A stretch of DNA of 63,980 nt, the filler included, from Catajapyx aquilonaris (lineage: Eukaryota), in the NCBI GenBank assembly GCA_000934665.2. It is 3 parts of 3 records of this genome, joined end to end, with 100 filler letters (N's around TTAATTAATTAA, not from the genome) between each part and the next. Parts side by side here need not be neighbours in the genome. Positions count along the whole stretch, not along the records: positions 21,589 to 43,064 come from JYFJ02006038.1; 2 more parts are not named here. The stretch is one strand, 5' to 3'. This document shows positions 24,875 to 39,611 of this stretch, piece by piece. The notes under the pieces are model-generated. The model was given only the letters and a program-made list of their open reading frames with translations. It searched no databases and was not told the origin of the DNA. Made by a program: the position numbers and the translations under genes. The first letter of the stretch is position 1. Each line of letters opens with the position of its first letter.

Positions 24875-27736
24875 ATGGCATTTGACACATTTGAGGACTT
24901 GCTGTACTTGGCTGGAGACTTTGGACGATGGCAGTGGCTTGTGTTGGTTATGTTAGCACCTGTCGTGGTGGTATTCGACTATCAGCACTCAAGCTATGTG
25001 TACAGGTCGGCTCTACCGCAGTACCGGTGTCAAACGAAAGATGTGTTCAACCCCAGCAACTGGAGCAACTTCCGAATCAGTAATTTTACACTTCCAAGGT
25101 AATGACATCATCTTGATTCTAATTGCAAAAGGTATTCAAGGTGTACTAGCATATAGGGTGTCACATTTCTTTGTACCCTGTGTTCTCTACATGTCTCTTA
25201 CTCCGAATATTAAAACACATTTCCCATGACATACTTGCTCCAAAGATCACCCTCAGGAAGAGAGGGGGAATGGAACCAGTGCGAAATGTATGCCCGTAAT
25301 TACTCCCAGTACTTGGGCATGTCTTACGAGGAAGCCATGGAAGTCAATGGAAGTCAAGTACCGTCTGAAACGTGGTCATGCAAGAGTTGGGAATACGACA
25401 CGACCAGCTTCCTGGAAACGACAGTGACGGAGGTCAGAATATGCACTTATGAGACATCGTCTCTCACTACTGTATTATCTGAATATGACTTATGGATTAT
25501 TAGACTGCAATGTCTGATTAGCATGATTATCAATATTTGTATGTCACGTACAGTATGGTACATTACCTTAGACGTCACTTGTTACAAAATGCAACGGCCT
25601 TAAGAAATAGTTCTCGAAGTGTATTAATATCAATATATTTTGCTATCGACAGTGGGATTTAATATGCCGAAAAATGGCTTTAAGACCAATGCTCCAGTTT
25701 TCCTACATGATGGGTGCATTACTAGGATCTATCGTCACCGGAATCGTATCAGACAGGTACTGTGTGCTTATCTTATACCTGCAAAAGTAACCGACAATTT
25801 GCCCTGACAACATCGAATCATTGGCTAAATAATTTGTGATTATTTTTCAGACTTGGTCGTAAGAGAGCCCTCCAGATGTCCATCCTGGTAATGGCCTTTG
25901 GGTCATGGTGCTGCAGCTTTTCTCCCTCGTATCCGGTACTGCTCGCCAGCAGGGTTGTCACCGGATTCGGGACTGTTGGAACCTACTCTGTCTCAACAGT
26001 ATTGAGTTAGTACCAATAGCTTACATAATAATGCAATGCTCCCATATTATTTTTGTCTATCCGTAACTATCAGAAAACTATGAAGCATGTTGAACTGTTT
26101 CAGTTGTGGAGTTCGCGACAAAGAGCAAACGAGCCCAGATGTCCGTGGCACTAGCGATATGTCAAGGATTCGGTGACATAATGTGGGCTGGAGTGTCGTT
26201 CCTTTTGTCAAATTGGAGGCTTGTGGACATTACGGCCGCCACTCTCTCTTCACTAATCCTTCTCTACTGTTGGTAATAATGTAGCACGATCGTACAAAAA
26301 CCATTGTTTAGTAATGTCAGGGAATGTGAGAGAAAATTAGTAAACTTTTCAGGTTTATTCCTGAGTCGCCGAGGTGGCTTCTACACAAGAAGAGGTTGAA
26401 AGAGGCTACAAAAATATTACATCAAATGGCGGTAATCAATAAAACCAAGATACCAGACCAGAAAGAACTTGAACAATTACTCCAGAGGATTCATAAAAAG
26501 GTGACAATAAGCCAAAATTACTCCCTAGTTTGCCACAATAAATTTTCAAACATGGCAGAACCTATGCTATATGTTATGAAGCAGAAAATAATAACTTTAT
26601 TGAAAATAGGAAGTTGAAGATGATTCACAAACTGTTGGGAAGACATCAAAGTGGCAGAAATTCATGGTGATGGTGAGGACACCGGAAATGCGCTCCAGAA
26701 GCATCAAGGTTAAGATTTTACGACTTCTCTGTTTTACAGCTGCCGTTAGCACGTATAAGGGCGTGTAATTTGCAAATTACGTGGCAGCTGCTTTAATGTC
26801 TTTCACTGTACTTCAGTTGTACTTGGCTTGGTTTATGGTTGCTCACATCAGCCACGGATCACTGTTTATGGCTGCTCGTCTTCCATTGAGCATCCACCTC
26901 ATGATGTTCATTGGAGGGGTCATTACACTGGTGACCAGATTTTGTGTCATACCACTTCTCAACCGATTTGGACGTAGGAAGGTTTACGCAATCTGTTTCT
27001 ATATCACCGCTCCTATGGTGGCCTCCGTAGCTGTTTTTCCAAGAGGTAAGTCACTTATATTCCGTGACTTATACGGACTTACATAATATGTTGACAGATC
27101 CTGTGTTGCTGTCATGGTTGCTTCTGCAAGCTTCAAAAATAGGAACAGGGGTTAATTTCACCTTAACATTGTTGTATGCCATCGAACTGTTCCCCACTGA
27201 AGTCAGATCATTGGCAATGAGCTTAGGGTCATTGGCATCAAGGGCGGGATCAACTTTTGCTCCACTTGTTGTTGACATGGTGGTAAGTCACAATATGAAT
27301 CATTTCTGAATATGAATTTTTGATTATCTATACTTTAGAGCGGTAGGTTCTGAGAATTTCCTTGATGTATTTTCAGGGAGGATATAACTTGTTCATACCC
27401 AGCGCCATTTTTGGAGTCATGTCAATTTTAGCAGGGTCAATAGCTTTAATGCTACCAGAAACCAAACATGAGAATCTGCCTGATACTGTTGAAGACGTAG
27501 AAAGAAGTAGACGGAGCAGGTGAGAAAAATAGCTCTAAATGTAGCGACATACTAAAAAGTGGCAATTACTAGTTTAAAAAACAAGCCATTCGTAACATAT
27601 AGGGCATTAGGACATCCATCTCTCTTTTGTAATATTTTCCTCAGCACTGCTCTGGTATTTGTATCAGTTTTACGAAATTGCACCTCTTATTATTTTGTAT
27701 GGTTTCAGAATTGTGAAGGTACACGATGATAACTGA
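24875..27736 (+). CDS. SLC22-like transporter copy B
   Basis: MAFDTFEDLLYLAGDFGRWQ; extracellular loop C..WEYD...TTVTE-WDLIC; PESPRWL; ELFPTEVRS; LPETK. Confidence 0.9.
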
Positions 27737-28469
27737 GTTACCTATAAAGTAAGAGCTGGAGCGGGTCTACTCCAGCCAATCGGAGTAGACCATGACGTCA
27801 GAGCCGGCCACTTCTCCCATACTCATGCAAGATGGCGGCCGGCATAGGACCAAAGAAGTTGAGATACGTAGACAGCTTAACCCGCTTCCGCCAGAGCTAT
27901 CAACCTGAAGTCGAAGAAAACTTGGGAGGCCATGACAGTTCCGTGAAGTACGGCTTAATTCAAATCTTGAACATGATGAGACTCAGAAAATTGACCATCA
28001 TCAACTAGTGCCTGAAAAATTAATGTTAAAATTCCGCCGGCCTTTTTAGTGCCTACTGTGGCCATTTCAAGTGCAAAAAAATTGCAAATTCTCAACTTTT
28101 GAGCCCGGGTTATCACTACTCAGGGGACAGATATTTAAAAACTGAGTTACACTTTTTGATCTAACATTTATGAGGAACAATGTATAATAAAAAATTTAAT
28201 TGCTGATATTTTTAAATGTCAGTATACTGTAGTTCAAGTACCAATCTACTTCTTTGGCATGCGCATTAAGAGTATATCCAATCGATCCACTCGCACGCTC
28301 CACAGTCCCTGACCTTCACAGTCATTGCCATAGGTGTATCTTGCCTCATGATGCAAGCCGATATGTATGTAAGCTGCTGTAACACTATCGTGAGATATAC
28401 ATCACTCTCTTCGTGAGTGCGAAACAATCCTCATATACATATACCAGGGGTTATGTATGTATTATAACC

Positions 28470-31210
28470 ATGTCTGCAACAAGCTTTGAGGATGTGCTGT
28501 TACATGTTGGCGAATTTGGTCGTTGGCAATGGGGAATATTTGCTCTGTTTGTGCTCATTCGATTGGTGTATGACTATCAATTTAGCGGATACATATACAA
28601 TTGCTCACTTCCGACGTTTTCGTGCAACGTGACATCAATATTCAGTCCGGACAACTGGACCAGTACTCAGATAAAGGACTTCATGCTCCCCAGGTAATTA
28701 CAATGACAAGTACATTGTGGTGTAAAATATTAAGCAATGTTAATTTTCTAGGGTAGACTACGATGGGTTGGAAACTTGGAGCCAGTGTGAATATTATGCC
28801 CGAAATTATTCACAATTCATTAACATGACTTATGAAGAAGCGAGCAATACGACCGATTGGGAGCTAGAAACTATGTCCTGCACAAGTTGGGAATATGATG
28901 GAGGTGGCTATGATCAATCGACTGTGTCAGAGGTGAGACATGAGCCGAATTGTCATTGTCAATGTATTGTGACTACGGTGTTGTGTATTTTTTGTTTTCA
29001 TAGTGGAATTTGGTTTGTGACAGGACATCTCTTAGACCATCGCTTCAGAGCATGTACATGTTTGGAGCTCTATGTGGCTCGTTTTTAACTGGGATTATAT
29101 CTGACAGGTAAATGTTTTTTTTGGCTACAAATATTTGCAAATTTCAATCATTGCATTGATCCGATGTAAATAGAAGACATTATTCAAATTAATAATACAA
29201 TATATTGAGTACCTGTAGGCCTATGAGGTGCAGCAGGATTTACTGCGATGATTCACCTGTCTGTACATTACAGTACTACTTGCACATGGAGTGATGTGCG
29301 TTATCTCACATGTAGAGCTTCGTAGATATTCTATTGCAACATTATTTAGGATTCAATTGTACGTAATTTGAATTAACTGCGATTTATGAATGCCAGGTGA
29401 AGGCATCCTAATATGGGAAAAGTTTTTTGTTGTTAACTGACAGTGGCTTGCAAGTATAATAATGATAATGATGATGATGACTGATTTCAGATTGGGTCGC
29501 AAGAAAGCACTGATTGTGGCTTTTCTGGTAATGACAATCAGCACCTGGGGAGAAGTTTACGCGCCAAATTACCTGACATATCTCACCTTCAGATTCTTCA
29601 CAGGATTTGGTGCCATTGGAATTTACACAGCTACTCAAGTACATAGTAAGTGTCGCAATGTACTGTACTGTGCGCATTCATTATTTATGATCACACCTCG
29701 TAAGAACGATACTGCAAACCTATCCACTCTTTACTTTCATAACTTTTTTTTCCTTTGCTATAGTTGTGGAAGTCGTTGGTAAAAGTAAACGAGCTGTAGC
29801 GTCATTTTCATTGGGATTAACACAAAGCGTTGTAAGGATTGTTATAGCCGGAATAGCATTTCTAATACCAAACTGGAGGGATTTCACTCTTTCTGCTGCT
29901 TGTACAAGCACTATCCTGCTTGTCCTTCTTTGTTGGTTTGTATTACATTGTTAACCACATGCCAGATGTATCTGGCTGTAATATTAAATAGAAGTCAGTG
30001 ACGCACTTTCTCTTGTAATAGGCTCCTTCCAGAATCACCTAGGTGGTTGTTAATGAAGAAGCGTTATAAGGAAGCATATAAAATTATGCGTCAGATTTCC
30101 AAAACGAATAAGACAAATTGGCCAGAGGAAGAAGTTAAACAGCTGATGTTTAGCATTCAAGAAAAGGTAACGCAGTGTTCGTATGTAAAGATGTCTGTCT
30201 TTAATTTCCCCTCGTTTTAATGACAGTGCTCTATTTTCTAGGAGGATGTAGACAAGGGTCAAGAAGAAACTGCAAATAAGCATGGAAAATGCGAGCATTT
30301 AATGTCACTAGTGAGATCATCTGAAATTTGTTCGAGGTGCCTGAAGGTAGCTATTTATTTGTAGTTGACTTTTATAGTAGGTATTATAATTAATATGCTA
30401 ATTGAATTTGCTTTCAGTTGTGGGCCACCTACTTTATAATTGCACTTGTTTCACATGGATCATTGTATCTAGCTGCTAGAATAAGAATAGATATTCATCT
30501 CATGATGAGCTTCTCTGGTCTGATGGGCATAATCGCTATTGGAGCAGCAGTACCCATTATCAACCGCTGCGGAAGGAAATATGTCTTCGCCACATCTTTA
30601 TTTACAGCTGCTCCTTTGGTGTCTGCCGTTGCAATATTTCCTTCAGGTAAGTGTTTTCTACAATACGATAGTAATGACGTAGTAATGATAAATTTTCCCA
30701 GATCCTGTGTGGATATCGTGGCTGTTTATTCAGGTGTCAAAAATGCCCATCGCCATATCGTATTCGGTAGGACAGCTCTTGTCCACTGAGTTATTTCCGA
30801 CTGACACGAGGACAGTGGCTGTTGCGTCGGTCATGGTCATATCTAGAGTGGCAGCCATTTTGGCTCCTTATTCTGTTGACATGACAGTAAGTTGCCAAAA
30901 AAATGACTTTTCAACATTAAACTGATTTCAAATGCTTTCAGGGGTCATACAGTGTGGTTGTCCCGAGTCTATTGTATGGTATATTGTCAATAGTGGCTGG
31001 AGTTATTGCACTGTTCATGCCCGAAACCAAGAAGGTCAATCTTCCAGACAAGGTTGTTGACATTCGAAAAAGCAGCCAACAAAGGTCAGTGCATTATGTC
31101 CCTTCGCTCTCTATAGATAATTATATCTAATCAAAATTCCTTTAAATTATCACAGATCAAACGGGACGTCATTTCCAGACAAAAAGGATGGTCTGCATGA
31201 CCCAGAATAA
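28470..31210 (+). CDS. SLC22-like transporter copy C
   Basis: MSATSFEDVLLHVGEFGRWQ; same exon pattern; PESPRWL; ELFPTDTR; MPETK; stop TAA 31208-31210. Confidence 0.9.
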
Positions 31211-31502
31211 ATCAGACCATCTTGCAATTACTTCTGATATTGTTCAAATGTGTAGTGCAATAAAACCTATTTAACATACTAAATTGAATAATGTACTCTT
31301 TTATTTCGTTCGATACGTAATAAGGTCACTGGTGCCGCCTTAATCTAAGCATCACCTTAACCTTGATTGTCTTTTCCGTCTATCTGATAACGTGATGCAA
31401 CTTCAGGTTGATAAAAGCAATTATGCTTCACCTTTAAAAGTCAGTCTTCATCTTACTCTCCTTTGGAAGAGTGTGACATAATTTATTAACCAATAATTTA
31501 TT

Positions 31503-34206
31503 ATGGTGGCCAAAAGTTTTGAAGACTTGCTAACTCTTGTGGGAGAGTTTGGTCGCTGGCAATGGCGAATTTTCGCATTATTTGTGTTTGTCAGATTTTT
31601 ACTGGATTACCAGTTCAGCAATTACATCTTCAATGCTGCGATTCCTGACTTTTCCTGCGATCTTCATCGCGTCTTTAATCCTGACAATTGGACCAGTACT
31701 GAGAAGAAGGACTTTATGTTGCCCAGGTGATTATTATTTCGAATTTGACAAAGCCTGGCACTGATCTGAGAGTGTGGCATACTTTAGAGTGGACGTGGGA
31801 GGTGTGGAAACGTGGAGTTCCTGCAAATATTACTCTAGAAATTACTCACGATTCACCAATATGAGTTACGACGAAGCTGCTTCAGAGAGTATGCAAGATC
31901 CTGAGCCTGAAACTGCATCATGTATCAGTTGGAATTATGATGAAGATGGTGGTGTTGATACTGCTGTGGAAGAGGTATGGTAGCCTACAGAAAATATTTT
32001 TGTAAGTGTAACATGATTGTGATAAGCATTATTTTGCTCCATTTTTATGTATAGACGCATGTATATCGTGCATACTAATCATCATTACTTTTTAGTGGAA
32101 TCTGGTGTGTGACAGGATATCTTTGAGACCATCTCTTCAAAGTGTGTTCATGTTTGGTGCTTTAGTAGGCTCATTAGTAGCTGGGATCATATCTGATAGG
32201 TGAGTGCAATATTAAGTAAGCCCTTCGTTATCATAAAGTCGCTGTAAAAGTCACTCATGTCATCAGTGTGATTATCTGGCATGCATTTAAACACCCACCG
32301 ATAGGTGCTGGTGGTATGACTTCTTTATGATATTATATCATGCCATATGAGTATTATGTACTTCATCTTTTAAAAAGTGACCGACAAAGGTATCCCTGTT
32401 TATGCCTCAAGATGGTGATGATTATTAACTAACCTTGTCATATGACATGTGATTTCAGGTTGGGTCGAAAGAAGTCATTAACCTTGTGCATTATGGTCAT
32501 GACATGCAGTACTTGGGCAGAAGCATATGCCCCTAATTATGTAACATACCTTGTGTTCAGATTTTTTACTGGGTTTGGAGCGACTGGAATGAACAATGCT
32601 TCATATGTAATCAGTAAGTGCTTTACAACAATGATGATCTAACTTATTACTTATTACTTATTACATATTAATTATTTATTTACAGTGGTGGAAATAGTAG
32701 GCAAAAGTAAGAGAGCTCAGACAGCCTTTTCACTGGGGATATTACAGAGCTTCGCCAGAATAGTATGGTCTGGAATCGCGTTTGTGGTAGTAAACTGGAG
32801 AGATTACACCTTCATTGCTGCATGTGCAAGCACACTCCTTCTCATCACCATTGGCGTGTGAGTATATCGACTCTGCAGCTATTTAAATTTTATGTAACGG
32901 ACTTCGAAATTCTTTTACTGATTTAGGCTAGTACCAGAATCTCCAAGATGGTTAATGATGAAGAAACGCTACGAGGAAGCGGCCAGAGTAATGCATCACG
33001 CCGCCGAAGTCAATCATCAGATGTGGCCAGAAGAAGAGGAAATGGAGCAACTAATGATCAACATCCACGAAAGCGTAAGTGAATCATCATAATATGGAGT
33101 CTTCTTCTACTAGTTATTCTTCTTAATTATAATAATTATTATACACTATACAGGAACAAGAGATCGCAGGACAAGAGGAAAAAACAAAGTCAAACTATGA
33201 GCAATTATTGACATTGATAAAGTCATCTGAAATTCGCTCTAGATGTCTTCGGGTAAGTACAAATAGGCCATGTTACATGTATGGCCACATATGGTCAGTT
33301 TGTGTAAAATTATTCGCAAACTCCAAAGTACTAATTTTAATCACAGTTGTACTCAACATGGTTTGTCTGTGCTCTTATAACACACGGAGCACTTTACCTG
33401 TCTGCACGGATTAAGATGGACATCCATGTAATGATGGCCACCTCAGGAGTGTCCAGCATAATAGCCATAAGCACTGCTATGCCAGTGATCAACCGCTTCG
33501 GACGAAAATTCGTCCTTGCCACCTGCTTGTTCATAAGTTCTCCCCTGGTCGCCTCAATTGCGATAATTCCATCAGGTGAGAAATCAAGATGCTCGATATC
33601 ATCAAAACTTTTGTATAATTACAATTATTTTTTCAGAGCCAGTCTGGACGTCCTGGTTGCTCCTGCAGCTGTCCAGGATGGGAAGTGTGATCGCATATTC
33701 AGTGTCCCAACTCTTATCTAGTGAATTGTTTCCGACTGATATCAGAACTGTGGCTGTCGGATTAGGCATGGTGTGCACTAGAGTGGCTGCCATTTTGGCT
33801 CCATTTGCTGTTGATCTATTAGTAAGTACTGTCTGTTTGGCCACGGTGGGAGAGGCGGGAAATTAATGCAATGTGATGATACGTGTGTCAAGTGGATAAA
33901 ACAATCTGAAAATCTATTAAATTTCAGGGGACCGACTATGTGATAATTCCCAGTGCAATATTTGGGGTGATGTCATTACTGGCTGGAGTGATTGCCCTCT
34001 TCATGCCTGAAACCAGGAAGGAGAACCTTCCTGACAAGATTATTGATATTCGCAAAAAGATCCACAACGGGTGAGATAATACTACCTATTTTATATACCC
34101 AACAAACGCTAACAATGTAAGGGCTAAAATAATAATGAACTTGACTTTCTTTGGCAGAGCGATTGGATTATCGCTGGATGATGGAAGCAAGAGAGGAATA
34201 CAGTGA
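31503..34206 (+). CDS. SLC22-like transporter copy D
   Basis: MVAKSFEDLLTLVGEFGRWQ; PESPRWL; ELFPTDIR; MPETR; stop TGA 34204-34206 then AATAAA. Confidence 0.9.
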
Positions 34207-34611
34207 AATATATCCACAGATGATCAACGTTTAAATTAATTTATATAAATAAATTTTTATGTAGTACTTAGCACACTGATCTCTCCCATGATATACTAGA
34301 TTTTCGCATAGGCGTCATCTTCCGGTACCTTGTGCAGAAACATAATTATTGTTACCCAGCAACTACAGCAGTGCTTACTCCCATTGTTTCCGAAGGCAAT
34401 TGTTATTTTCCAGCGAAGATCAAATTGAGTCAAAAAGCATGATGACATCGGCCTTTCTCACTTTAGAGCGGTTTATCCATCAAAAATGCTCATCTAGTAG
34501 TTACCATTTAGAGCTGCAGGTAACGTACGCAACACACTCTAGATAGCTACTGTATGTGAAGAAGTGTAGATGTTGTAATTTCCAGGTTCTGACGTTCAAC
34601 TCGCTTCAAGC

Positions 34612-35961
34612 ATGTCAGCTCTAAACCGCATCATAGTACTGGCTTACACTCTTCTTATCGCCTTCTTGCTGGTCTTCCTAATAGGATCAGACGGATGGGA
34701 ACACGGATCTACCAGGGCACTCATTCCATTCAACAAGCAAGAACAAGACTTTGAGATTTCCTTCCATATAGGTCTCTCTGTCTACGAAATATACGGTACA
34801 GGGTAAGAGGATGTCGTGAGGCCAAAGTCGAGTTCACATTGTGAACACTGATTGTATTTTTCGCTCAGGTATGACAATCTACAGAAGAAAGATGTTGAGT
34901 TCAGGAAGTCGTTTTCGTGGCTAGATGACCCTGTGGAAGGAAACATCGGTGAGAAAGGGCTGGCTATAAAACAGTTAATGAAGTCCATCAAACAGGGCTA
35001 CCCCCTGCCAGTTGTCTGGATGCAAGAGTACCTTGTGGTCAACAGTGAGGGCGTCCAGTATACTCGCCACTACCAGAGGTCAGGCTTCTACGGAAAAGGT
35101 ATCCTATCCATCGCCCTGTTGACGTGGATCGCAGGGTACTTCATCTCATCAGTCATGGTGGCCATGTACGCCAAGTGGATGGCCATGACAGGCCTGATGG
35201 TGCTGTGCAGCTCCATGATCTTCATGCTCAATCGGAACCCATTCTCTGAGATCCGCGTACCGCTGTACGGACCTGACACCAAGGACGTGTACCTGGAACT
35301 TCACTACGGCCGCTCATTCTACTTGGCCATGGTCGGCGGAGCCATCATAGCCATCTGTGGGGCCTTCTTGGCCTCTTTGGAAAAAAAGAACCGGGGGAAG
35401 GTCAACGATTTCTTTGGCGTCAAGATCAAGATCGGGTACGCCATTGAAAAGAAGGCGGTGCGTCAGAGACAGGAGAAAGAGAAGAAGAAGTTGGTCCCCC
35501 AGATGAAGCCGGTGGTGGAGGTGGATGAAGAATGGGCCAATGGGCCACCGTCGCCTCCAGCGGGTGTCGCGGACACAGAGGATGAGGTGGACCAGAAGCA
35601 GGTGTCCCAGTTGTCCGAGGGCAAATCTAGGATCCGAATGAGCAGTTTAGCATCATCCCAGTCCTCCGAGGACATACCGAGGAGCAGGCAGAGCAGTTTA
35701 GCGGTGCATATGAGTGCATCGTCCGATGATGACTCGCTCCAGGACGATGCTGAGGTGTTTGAAAAGCACCATAGAAGTCGAAGGCTCAGCTCGGTGGAGG
35801 ACAATGACCTCAGCATCATTTTCAGTATGCTTCCTGAGGAAGAGGAGCAGCCTCTGCCTCCGCCTCCGCCTCTGTATCCGTCCAAGATGAAGAAGAAGAA
35901 GAAGAAGCATAAGGAGGAAGATGAACCCATGTGTGGATTCTGCGGGTTAATGTGGTGCTAG
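34612..35961 (+). CDS. Dual oxidase maturation factor-like protein (DUOXA/Nip)
   Basis: Exons 34612-34802 and 34869-35961 (~427 aa); motifs FHIGL, FSW, QGYPLPVVWMQEYL..NSEG..Y.RHYQRSGFY, LHYGRSFYL; long acidic/Ser tail. Confidence 0.78.
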
Positions 35962-36341
35962 AACCAATGCAACTCAACAAAGGACGCAGGGTACTGACTA
36001 CAGAGGCGGAGGTGCTAGTGATGCAGTAGTAATTCCAGCCGCACATTAGCACTGCTGGCCTGGAGTGAACAATGGATCACTGTGTTTAAAGTATGTTTTT
36101 TCAGGCTTTGAAGTCTGTTTATTTGTAAGAAAATCCTTTACAGAGTTTGACAAATAAAACAATTTTCCAACTATCATTAAACTTCCCAAAAACTGAAATG
36201 GTAAAACATCGTAAATGGTAACTTGCAGCTCATTCATAACAGTCATGATGATTGACAAACAATTTGCAGTATGATATATCAGCTACACTTAGAAAACAGA
36301 CATTTAGATTATTGGAAATACTGTACAACAGGTTTTCCTTT

Positions 36342-39300
36342 TCATTTGAACAATTTGGACGCAGATGACACGAGCCCCTTTGAAATTTTGGGATATATGA
36401 AAATACCCAGTGTGAACACTCCCGACCACACAGTAGTGGCCACAAAGCCAGGCCAGACTCCTGGATGCAGTAACCCCCACCCTCGACTGATTATGCTTCT
36501 GGATGCATCATAAGCCAATGTGCTGAACATACACTTGCAAATCCATCTCAACCAGGACCGACTGATGCCCTCCAGGGGCCACAACACGCCGCTTAAGAAC
36601 ATGTTGGGTAAGGAGATAGCAAAAAACACCACAACTAAAGCTCCAAAACTCTGGAGCACCTGAGATACCAAGCAACCCAAAATAAATCCACATAATCCTT
36701 GCATGAACAATATACAAAACAGCCACACCCAATTAGCCGCCACAGTCACTCCAAGAAACAGCCACATAACTCCCAGGGCACTTAGAGCATGCGCCATCAT
36801 CATACTTGTGCCAAATGTTACAAATGCCCAGAAAGAATGCTTGGTGCTGACTCCTGCAATGAGAATGGAGATTACAGAAGAATTATCCACAATTTTTGCC
36901 CATAGTGTCATACCTGATATTCTAGCCCGTTCGGGAACACCAGACATTTGTGCCATTATTAGCTTGCCAGCTGCAACTCCAAGTGATCCCGAAAATATCG
37001 TCCTATACAAAGAAGAGACAAAGTGATGTGCGGATCAAATTATGTTTCATAGGAAATTCAGGGCGTTTCTCTGCCTGAAAGGAGAACTACGTCAGATAAT
37101 TAAACACCACGAAAATCATATTTAAAAACGATTTTTCACTGGTGGTGATGGCCATGCAGTAGTTAGATTATAAGATAAATTATAAAACATGAATCGCCAG
37201 GGTGTATACAAATAGCAGTTGTGATGTCAAGAAGCAATATTTTTGTAATTATGAAACAGTGACGGAACAATATTAAAATTGTGCAGAAAGTAGGCCTACT
37301 TACAGTATTACCACTCCTGGTGCTACATATTCTTGAAATGATATATTGTTGCTACCGTAGATTGGCTGGTCAAAGTCGACTGGCGCAGATGTCGCAGGAA
37401 AGTCTTTGCACGAAGGTTCCACTTGATTCAAGGATATCATACGCATTACCAGCAATGATATTTGCGTATCTGTCGAGAATTATGAGACAGCTAGGGAAGG
37501 ATATGATATTCGTCTATTTTGTGACTACCTGTGACAACGTGCACATAATTTATGCCTCCGGGACAAAATTCAACATTATTTTCACTGACAGAATAGCTGG
37601 CATAATAACTATCGATTTTTAATGAATTTTATGCATGCAGCATTATAAACATAACTAACTCATAATTATCAAATTACTCACTGGTCATGTCCATACTTAT
37701 TTTGACTCTTGAATTGAATAGTGATCCACTGTCTGTAGCTAATCCAAGCAACAATCGTGACTGGACACTAGCAGAGTAATTAGCTGGAAATGAAATGAGT
37801 CCCCAAGCATCTCCTTTCCTTATTGACTTAATTGCCTTTACCTCATCATTATATGGGACCTGATTGGCAGATGAATCACGAAAAAAATGCGTTACTGATA
37901 ATGATAATAACAAAATCCACCATTAAATGCCATCCTACTAACCAGTCGAAGCATATTGTGGTCCAAATTATTTATGAAGGTGCAGCTCAAATTCTGATAG
38001 TTGCATCCGAGGTCAGGTTGGCATATTGGCTCAGTGGGCCACTCATTGTTGACCACTGCGAAGGGTAGCTGTTTCGGGTCGCCACCCACGTACATGAGGC
38101 ACATCAGTGTCAACAGGGCGGGTTGTAAGCAAGCACTTATAGAAAGGCTGAAAAAAAACTTGGATGTGAATAGTGTTATATAATGTAAAGAGAGCACTTA
38201 ACGTACAGGTAATTTCGTCCAGACCATACCACATCCATGTATAACGTGGCACGAAATGCACTCCATGGGGACACATGACTTTCATACCTCCTCGCGTTGG
38301 GTACAGGAGTCGTACTAGTTTTTGCGCGTAATGTCCTCATTTGCTCATGGTCTTGGTAAGATGGCGTGGATATTTTGTCAACCCCACTCCTGTCATCCTC
38401 CAGACAGAGGCCCAGAAACACCCCCTCCAGAGTCTGAGAGTTGTACATCCTCATGAGGGACGTGGGTGAATCCTCGGCCAGGAGACGACCACTCCTCATC
38501 ATGCCAACCACCTGGGCATGACGGGCCTCCTCCATGTAATGGGTGGTCAGGATTATCGTGGTCTTGCTCACCGAGGCCAGCTCACGTAAGTGGAGCCAGA
38601 TCCTGCAAATTATACCCACAATATCTACAAAGGTGATCATTTGGCTATTGGTTTGTCCGTATTCAACGTATACAGTATTTGCTGATAAAATACCTTGAAT
38701 AATAATGGAACCTTACACTCAATTCTCACTTAATGCCTGCTGTAAAGAGTTCGGAGCACTTACGCTTGTCTAACAAGAGGATCAACGCCCACAGTCGGTT
38801 CGTCCAAAATTAGTAATTCTGGCTCGTGTAACAATGCCAGACACAAGGAGACACGTTTTTGTTGTCCGCCACTACATAGAGAAGATTTAAAATATTTAAA
38901 TAGTCTTACGATGTGTAAGAATAAAAGGGAATGTTTCCATCTTGAAACACATACGTAATGAACATGCAATAGCCCTGTGTAATGTTCCCACAATAATTGC
39001 ATCAGTAGCCTACTACAAATCTTTGCCTTGAGTTAATAATTTCGTCACCTGAGCGTGTGAATGAGCCTGTCCTTGTGCGGCAATTGGAGGAATTTGATGA
39101 GAAAGGCCATCCTGGAGTGGATGTCTTCCTGTGACATTCCGTGGACCATCCCGAAGTAAGTGACCATCTCCCGAATGGAGCACTCCAGATAGAGCCCCTT
39201 GTCCTGGGGCATGTAGCCCAGCCTGGACCCGGGCACACCAGACTCCTTGCTCCCAGGAGGGTGGCCAAATATGCGGATTGTCCCGTGGTCCAACTCTTGC

Positions 39301-39611
39301 TGACCAACAATGCAGGTCAGAAGGGTCGTCTTCCCGCATCCACTGGCTCCAAGCAAGGCGTATCTGAAACAATTGAGAAATTCATGTCTACATTAATCTC
39401 ACTGAGCAAAATAGGAAGATGTCTTGACTTACATGGTTCCCTCTTGAACAGTCATGTCTAGTTTCATGAGGACGTGATTTTTCTTCATTCCGCTTTCGTA
39501 AGTCTTCCAGGCATCTCGCACTCTCAGGGCTGGTGCATTTTCATTCGCCTGTAAAACAGAACTGTGTGACATTTTCCTATTTTGCTCAGTGAGATGAATA
39601 ATATTAGACAT
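36342..39611 (-). CDS. ABC half-transporter, ABCH subfamily
   Basis: Walker A GASGCGKT, signature [33 protein letters not shown] first, then TMD with PIYG...EYVAPG and [10 protein letters not shown]; ~9 exons. Confidence 0.92.

Noticed and set aside
36854..36913. Apparent 20-aa insertion in the ABCH membrane domain
   Set aside because: A stop-free 60-nt GT-AG intron at the same position as the intron in the paralog.
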